Below are positions 58,386 through 64,000 of a stretch of DNA of 64,000 nt, one piece after another. The number at the start of each line of letters is the position of its first letter. The first letter of the stretch is position 1. The DNA is from a virus. Taxonomy: Duplodnaviria; Caudoviricetes. A program made the position numbers and the translations under genes. Where the stretch lies: IMG/VR virus record IMGVR_UViG_3300031853_000001, positions 32,001 through 96,000 of that record. One strand, given 5' to 3'. The notes under the pieces were generated by a model that ran no database searches, was not told the DNA's origin, and worked only from the letters and a program-made list of their open reading frames with translations.

Positions 58386-60958
58386 AATATACAGGGCCTA
58401 TGGCATCATTCCATTGCCCTACTAATGCGGAAATTAGAAGTTTGAAGGTTCATTTTAGCCCGAAGCAGTTAGGTAGCGGAGATCCTAGTCCGGAGAATGT
58501 AAGACCGATTGTTGGATGGGATGAGGTGGAAGTCAAGACAGCAGGAAAAAATATAGCGGTTTTACCTATTCCTGCTCATGGATTTGAAACAGGAACGTCT
58601 ATATATAGTGATAGACCCAATGGAACATTTGAAAATCTTCAAAACGGTTTTCGCGCGCAGCCTCCGAGTCAATCTACTGGTGTTTATGCTTTATTTGGAT
58701 ATGTATTTGCTGGAATAACTTATACTATATCATTTAATTCCACTTTTGATTTTAGTAGAATACGTATAGAAGTTAGAGATAATGATAGTTTCAATGAAAC
58801 GGCGACAACAGAAGGAGACGGGAGAAGTTTTTCTACGGGTTGGAAAACATATAATAGTTTTCCGTATACTTTTACGCCAAGCAACAACGGTTATTTATGG
58901 GGCTGTTTCCATCAGAATACAAATCCCACATCAGCTTTTATAGTATCTGATATTCAATTAGAACTCGCTTCTTCTGCACCCTATTATGAGCCCTACCAAG
59001 GTTCCACAACAAATTATGAGTTTGGGGTGTTGGGGAAGAATAAGCTTAATGTTAATGGTTATACTCAGCTTCATTCTGTTTCACTTAACAATAATTATTT
59101 AACAAATACTAATACAGATACTCGTGATAATTTTCAATTGTCCGTGGATGGCTATAATGGTTCAACCAGGTTGGGGCAATTGTTCGGACAAATCAATATA
59201 CCAACCGGTGCTTATTCTAATACCTTTGTACTATCAAACACATATGAAAATATGAATTTAATATACATCAAGCATAATGGAATTACACGCGACATTGGTA
59301 TTAGAATTCCAGTAGACCTCGTTGTCGGACAAACGTATACCATAAGTATGGATGTAACTGGAAACGATCCGACTACAGTTGGCGGCTTATCATTCGGAAA
59401 CATCCAACTCGAACTCGGCTCAACCGCAACAGAATACGAATCCTATGACCCAAATCATACGGTGTATGGTGGGTGGGTTGATTTGATTACGGGGGAAGTT
59501 TGTGAAGAATGGAAATCTATTGCATTAGAATCTTTAAATTGGAGTGGAAGCAGCACTAGGGCCAGGGCTTCTAATTCTATAGACTTGGAAATTCCCAGTT
59601 ATACTGTTGCACCTGATTTTATAGCGGAAAAATATTACGCTGCATCATATTCTACAAATTTGACTAATTATCCATCAGCTATAGCTTTGGGTAGCGGAGG
59701 ATTTATCTGTTATTATGACGGAAAAACTTTGCCTAGCGATAAGATGGTTTATAAGTTGTCAGAGCCAATTATATATAATCTCGCACCCACCCAACTCCAA
59801 ACCTTCCTAGGCCAAAACAACGTCTGGTCTAACGCCGATTATGTTGAAGTCGAATACGACTTGCACGAAACGCAAGATATTCTCGCACGTAAGCAATTCA
59901 TTATTGCAAACCAACCCCACATTATTAAACCCGCGGCCGCGCCTTTACAAAACTTCGTAACGGATGTGGTGGCGCCGTTGAAGGAATGTAAGGTGTATTT
60001 TAGTCCGGTGCAGGAAGGAGAAGGTGACCCGAGTCCGGAGAATGTCAGGGCGATTAGTGGATGGACGGGAGTGGAAATATATAGGACTGGAAAGAATATG
60101 TTGGATACGGCTACGAGTGACGAAATCATTGAAAACTGGCCTCTGGTAAGACCAGCATATCAAAAGAGTATCGAGAAACTTCCAACAAATCTTGATTTTA
60201 CGTTACAAGCCAATGTTACGAAAGATTTGGGACAAAATATATCAAATTGCAGACTTTATATGAATGGCGCTTTAATCAGTGGCAAGTTCATAAATACTGC
60301 AACGCCTCTCGGAGTTCACACCGTAACCAATAAACCGGATGCCGATGGTGCATTTACAATTTCTCATAATTATTTAGGTTTTGATAGTTACGGCGCAACA
60401 TTTAACAACATGCAACTTGAACTTGGCACTACCGCCACCGATTACGAACCCTACTCAGGCACAACCCTCCCAATCGACTGGACAACCGAAGCAGGAACGA
60501 TTTATGGTGGGTATGTTGATTTGGTGACGGGGGAAGTTTGGAAAGCTTGGGACATTATTGATCTTGGGACTTGTACTTGGGTACAATATAATAATAATCC
60601 TTCTATATTTTATACACGTAATTTAAATAATTTAAAAGAACATTCTGACCAATATACTGTATTATGTACAGCTTATCCATATGAGCAACAAAAATATGTT
60701 ACAGCCACGAATGATAAAACTATAAATGATTCGCAACAATTAAATTTGGGTAATGTTGCAATTCGTGACACTAATTATACTAATTCTACTCCTGCAGAAT
60801 TTAAAGAAGCAATGAATGGAATTATATGTGCTTATAAACTTGCTACGCCGATTCTTATTACTACTCTCACTCCCACCCAACTCAAAACCCTCCGCGGCAC
60901 CAACAACATCTGGTCATCAGCAAGCGGAGACATCCAAGTAAAATACTGGTCACACTAA
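58373..60958 (+). CDS. tail-associated protein with duplicated module and carbohydrate-binding-like inserts
   Basis: 2x FSP.Q.G.GDPSPENVR.I.GW, 2x YGG.VDL.TGEV, 3x QLEL..AT/PYEPY-type motifs, 2x PTQL.T..G.NN.WS. Confidence 0.7.
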   Translation: MGTVKYTGPMASFHCPTNAEIRSLKVHFSPKQLGSGDPSPENVRPIVGWDEVEVKTAGKNIAVLPIPAHGFETGTSIYSDRPNGTFENLQNGFRAQPPSQSTGVYALFGYVFAGITYTISFNSTFDFSRIRIEVRDNDSFNETATTEGDGRSFSTGWKTYNSFPYTFTPSNNGYLWGCFHQNTNPTSAFIVSDIQLELASSAPYYEPYQGSTTNYEFGVLGKNKLNVNGYTQLHSVSLNNNYLTNTNTDTRDNFQLSVDGYNGSTRLGQLFGQINIPTGAYSNTFVLSNTYENMNLIYIKHNGITRDIGIRIPVDLVVGQTYTISMDVTGNDPTTVGGLSFGNIQLELGSTATEYESYDPNHTVYGGWVDLITGEVCEEWKSIALESLNWSGSSTRARASNSIDLEIPSYTVAPDFIAEKYYAASYSTNLTNYPSAIALGSGGFICYYDGKTLPSDKMVYKLSEPIIYNLAPTQLQTFLGQNNVWSNADYVEVEYDLHETQDILARKQFIIANQPHIIKPAAAPLQNFVTDVVAPLKECKVYFSPVQEGEGDPSPENVRAISGWTGVEIYRTGKNMLDTATSDEIIENWPLVRPAYQKSIEKLPTNLDFTLQANVTKDLGQNISNCRLYMNGALISGKFINTATPLGVHTVTNKPDADGAFTISHNYLGFDSYGATFNNMQLELGTTATDYEPYSGTTLPIDWTTEAGTIYGGYVDLVTGEVWKAWDIIDLGTCTWVQYNNNPSIFYTRNLNNLKEHSDQYTVLCTAYPYEQQKYVTATNDKTINDSQQLNLGNVAIRDTNYTNSTPAEFKEAMNGIICAYKLATPILITTLTPTQLKTLRGTNNIWSSASGDIQVKYWSH

Positions 60959-60973
60959 AAGGAGGTGGCATAA

Positions 60974-61351
60974 ATGCCAGTAACAATTTACCCAACAACT
61001 TTAAAATATAAAACAACCAACGGCACTTTTGAAAGCGCCACCGCCATTAAAGGTGATAGCGGTGCAGCAATCACAGTTCAAGTAGAAGGTAGCACACCAA
61101 CTATTGTGTGTGAAGATAACCATAGATATATTTGTGGGGAAGTTTTGAGTTTAAATATTACACTTCCCGATAGTGGTATTGTAGATGTAGTGTTTGAGTC
61201 TGGTAGTACCCCGACTGTGCTGACCGTCACCCCGCCGACAGGGCAGACGGTCAAGTGGGCGAATGGGTTTGACTCGACGAGCTTGGAGGCCGATACAACA
61301 TATGAAATCAACATAATGGATGGTCTGGGGGTGGCTGGAATATGGAATTGA
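60974..61351 (+). CDS. virion protein, homologous to the C-terminus of 54492
   Basis: RYICGEV.SL..T.P.SG...F.SGST.TVLT..LEA.T.YEI. Confidence 0.7.
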   Translation: MPVTIYPTTLKYKTTNGTFESATAIKGDSGAAITVQVEGSTPTIVCEDNHRYICGEVLSLNITLPDSGIVDVVFESGSTPTVLTVTPPTGQTVKWANGFDSTSLEADTTYEINIMDGLGVAGIWN

Positions 61352-61848
61352 TGGACATTAGAAGAAGATTGATGATGGGAATGGGTGAAAATATTGCAAA
61401 CGCACTACGCAGATTAAATATAGCTTATAATTTGACGTTTGAACCAGGTTATGTTGCCAGCAACGGTAATATAAGTCCTGCTTCGGGCACAAACAAAGAA
61501 GTTGTTTCTGATTACATCGAAAATCGTTTTTTAACGGATGAAAGATATATTACTGTTGTCGAATATGTCGGGAACACCACAGGGGTATCTACTGGTGGTT
61601 GGATGGGAATTGGTACGTATGATGATGCAAAAGTATTTAGAAATCGAACCGGGCCATCGGCAGTATTAAATATTCAAATTGGCGAAAATGGATATACGAT
61701 ATTCAATCCTTTTACTCTAACTTACAGCGATGGGTATTGCCGCATATCTTATCGATCTTATGGAAAATCGAATATTTACATTATACCAGCTATCCGATTG
61801 ATGACTGAGGTGTTTAATCCAAATAATATAAGCGGATACACAATATAA
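61342..61848 (+). CDS. hypothetical virion-associated protein
   Basis: MD.RRRLMM start typical of this gene neighbourhood. Confidence 0.6.
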   Translation: MELMDIRRRLMMGMGENIANALRRLNIAYNLTFEPGYVASNGNISPASGTNKEVVSDYIENRFLTDERYITVVEYVGNTTGVSTGGWMGIGTYDDAKVFRNRTGPSAVLNIQIGENGYTIFNPFTLTYSDGYCRISYRSYGKSNIYIIPAIRLMTEVFNPNNISGYTI

Positions 61849-62038
61849 AAAGAATAATACTATGTTTAGACAGATTTATATTGTTACTGCTTTTCAAATC
61901 GTAGCCTCTAACACTCACTCGAAGAGTATATAAATTTTTTCTTCTCTTACAAATATAAATATTTTTTCTATTATAAACCCACCTCTATAAAGAATCAATA
62001 TAGTCTTTTTAAAGGCTATAAAAAAGGAGGAAATCATT

Positions 62039-62317
62039 ATGAATCAATATTATATCATAGAAATCCAACAATACGCAAATGGCGAATATGGCCATCAAGT
62101 CCACTTCGCTTATGATGAAGACGCTTCTAAGGCTCGCCTTAAAGCCGAATCCAAATACCACGAAGTTCTCGCGGCAGCCGCTATTTCTGAACTTCAATCC
62201 CACGCCGCCACTCTCTTAACCGCAGATGGCCGCGTAATTATGAACCAATGCTATAAACACACAATTGCTACTCCTGAACCAGAGCAAGAAGTGATTGAAG
62301 ATGAACCAGAAGCTTGA
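62039..62317 (+). CDS. conserved small phage protein
   Basis: Y.IIEIQ..AESKYHEVLAAAAIS..H.A.L. Confidence 0.7.
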   Translation: MNQYYIIEIQQYANGEYGHQVHFAYDEDASKARLKAESKYHEVLAAAAISELQSHAATLLTADGRVIMNQCYKHTIATPEPEQEVIEDEPEA

Positions 62318-62789
62318 TTGGAATTATGAACGTTATCGTACTCGGGATTTACTTCTCGAGTACGATAAAGCAATTATGCCGCCACGCCCTCGCGTGGCTG
62401 GCCTTAGTAATATATATAGTTGGGGCTCTACAATTCCATCAGATGCAGATACTTTAGATTTTCCAATCCCACATCAAAAAGATGTTTCAATTATATATCC
62501 TTGGGAAAATTTACCTATATCAGTATTAACACGGCAATTATACACCATAGCCGAAAAAAGTGGTTTTAGTGGAACAGAGAAAGATTTTGAAGAAAGTTTT
62601 GGAACTTTCTTACAAAATAAACAAATTATCTATGCCAATTACATTGATTTCCCAGTAGTAGGAGAATTAGATAAATTGTATTTTGATTTAGAAGAAAAAA
62701 TCTTATATTACTGGGACCAAGACTACTATCCAATTAACGCTTTGTTAATTGAAAATACTATTCTTGACAATGGAAATGCAGAGGAATAA
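62301..62789 (+). CDS. hypothetical protein
   Basis: GFSGTE..F; FP.VG..DKLY.D motif; start uncertain; followed by acidic micro-ORF 62799-62930. Confidence 0.55.
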   Translation: MNQKLDWNYERYRTRDLLLEYDKAIMPPRPRVAGLSNIYSWGSTIPSDADTLDFPIPHQKDVSIIYPWENLPISVLTRQLYTIAEKSGFSGTEKDFEESFGTFLQNKQIIYANYIDFPVVGELDKLYFDLEEKILYYWDQDYYPINALLIENTILDNGNAEE

Positions 62790-62932
62790 GGTGATTTTAT
62801 GGAAGAAATTATTATTTACGAAGAAGAGTTAGAAATTCCCGAAGATTGGGTTTCAAATACAATTTTAGAAAGAGACGGAAAAGGAAATATTATAGAACTT
62901 TTAATACCTGATGATATAGAGGAGGAATAAAT

Positions 62933-63751
62933 ATGTTAGCTACTATTAAATTAGAGAGCAAAGGAGATTTAGTTAAAGTCGCTCAATATTTAATTGGATA
63001 TGCCGAAAGAAAACAAGCAACAAGTATTTATGACCAACTCTTTGCTAATGCTGTTGTAGAATGGCAATCTCGACATAGTTTAGTTACTGATGGTATTATT
63101 GGGGCAAAAAGTTGGGAAATTCTCGCGGCCGAAACACCAACTTGTTCTACTAGTAAAAACAGAACAAGTGCTTATACATGTGCTATTCAATTATTAATAG
63201 GTGGTCTTACAGTAGATGGTGTTTATGGTACAAACACTAAAAAGGCAATTGCCGCATTCCAAAGTGCTTCTGGCTTAAAAGCGGACGGTATTTGCGGCCC
63301 AAAAACTTGGGCGGCTTTAATTACTGGAAATTCTAATGCTACTCCCGTGGGCGCAAGCCAAACTACTAATGGTAAGATATTAAATAATTGCGTAAAATTC
63401 TTACAATGGGATAGTAAGTGGAAAAATGTTAAATATTCTACTCATACTTCTTCTCAAACTATTGGTAATTCAGGATGCGGCCCAACTTCTATGGCAATGA
63501 TACTTGCTACTTGGGAAAATAGTAAAATTACTCCTGTTGAATGCTGTGAAGAAGCCCTTAAAAATGGTTATAGAACTTATAACAGTGGAACAGCTTGGGG
63601 TTATTTTAAATATGTTTTCAAAAATCACGAATGTTTTTCAAAATATGTTGAAACAAGTAGTGTTTCCACTCTTACCGCCGCATTGCGAGAAGGGGCTCTT
63701 GCGGTTTGTAGTATGAATTCAAACGATAATCATTTTTGGACAAGTAGTGGT
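62933..63751 (+). CDS. exon 1 of cell-wall hydrolase: two PG_binding_1 domains + C39-like cysteine peptidase
   Basis: L..DGIIG.KSW, DG.YG..T..A...FQ...GL.ADGICGPKTW; Q.D..W, SGCGPTSMAM; ends WTSSG just before the expected catalytic His. Confidence 0.8.
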
Positions 63752-64000
63752 TGTGTATAAAATGGCCTCTACTATAAAACACACGGTGAACCTGTAAATG
63801 CAGGGTGTCGCATAAGCGGCTAACGGTGAAACCTAAGTCTGAAAAGATATGGCAATACCGTGCCAAGCCTTAATTACAAGGAAGGTGTAAAGACTATTCC
63901 GTAAGGAAGTACACGACTGGTGAAATTCCAGCGTGGAAGTGCCGTGCTTTATTTTAACACAACTTTTAAGGAGAAAAAAAATATGGGAAGAAAATATATA
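63752..64000 (+). mobile_element. group I intron in hydrolase gene (partial), with probable endonuclease ORF starting at 63983
   Basis: P1 GUAGUGGU/GCCUCUAC with U.G; P AACGGUGAAAC, Q GGCAAUACCGUG, R GUGUAAAGACUA; AAGGAG then ATG GGA AGA AAA. Confidence 0.8.

Noticed and set aside
54492-60958. Diversity-generating retroelement acting on tail genes
   Set aside because: No reverse transcriptase in the window, and the repeats differ at all base types rather than only at adenines.

Overview
A 64-kb segment of a large tailed dsDNA phage, probably infecting a Bacillota/Clostridia host (sigma-A-type promoters, strong SD sites, ECF S component, spore-like operon). 1-8.3 kb, minus strand: head and packaging genes. 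These are a partial probable prohead protease, the portal, and a terminase large subunit split by two group I introns that each carry a homing endonuclease. 8.5-10.4 kb: a GC-rich four-gene block. 10.5-31.2 kb: the most unusual part, an array of about 38 small self-contained units (promoter, gene(s) or short RNA, terminator). The units are separated by 39 copies of a 32-bp palindrome, GT(A/T)AATTA-N6-CCGG-N6-TAAT(T/A)AC, with an invariant central CG. Copies also lie at convergent and divergent junctions, so the array looks like a recombinational gene-cassette system or a regularly spaced protein-binding scaffold. It also holds tRNA-Lys(UUU), several ORF-less promoter-driven RNAs, a covarying 5' leader and several paralog families. 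31.8-51.6 kb: SF2 helicase-like protein, RNA ligase, PNK-HD, Thg1, PRPP-synthetase-like protein, deaminase, nucleotidyltransferase, kinase-like proteins and a free-standing endonuclease. 51.7-54.5 kb: a spore-protein-like operon. 54.5-64 kb: repetitive tail or adhesin proteins and a peptidoglycan-binding C39-type hydrolase interrupted by a third group I intron. All calls come from motif reading by eye; no database searches were run.
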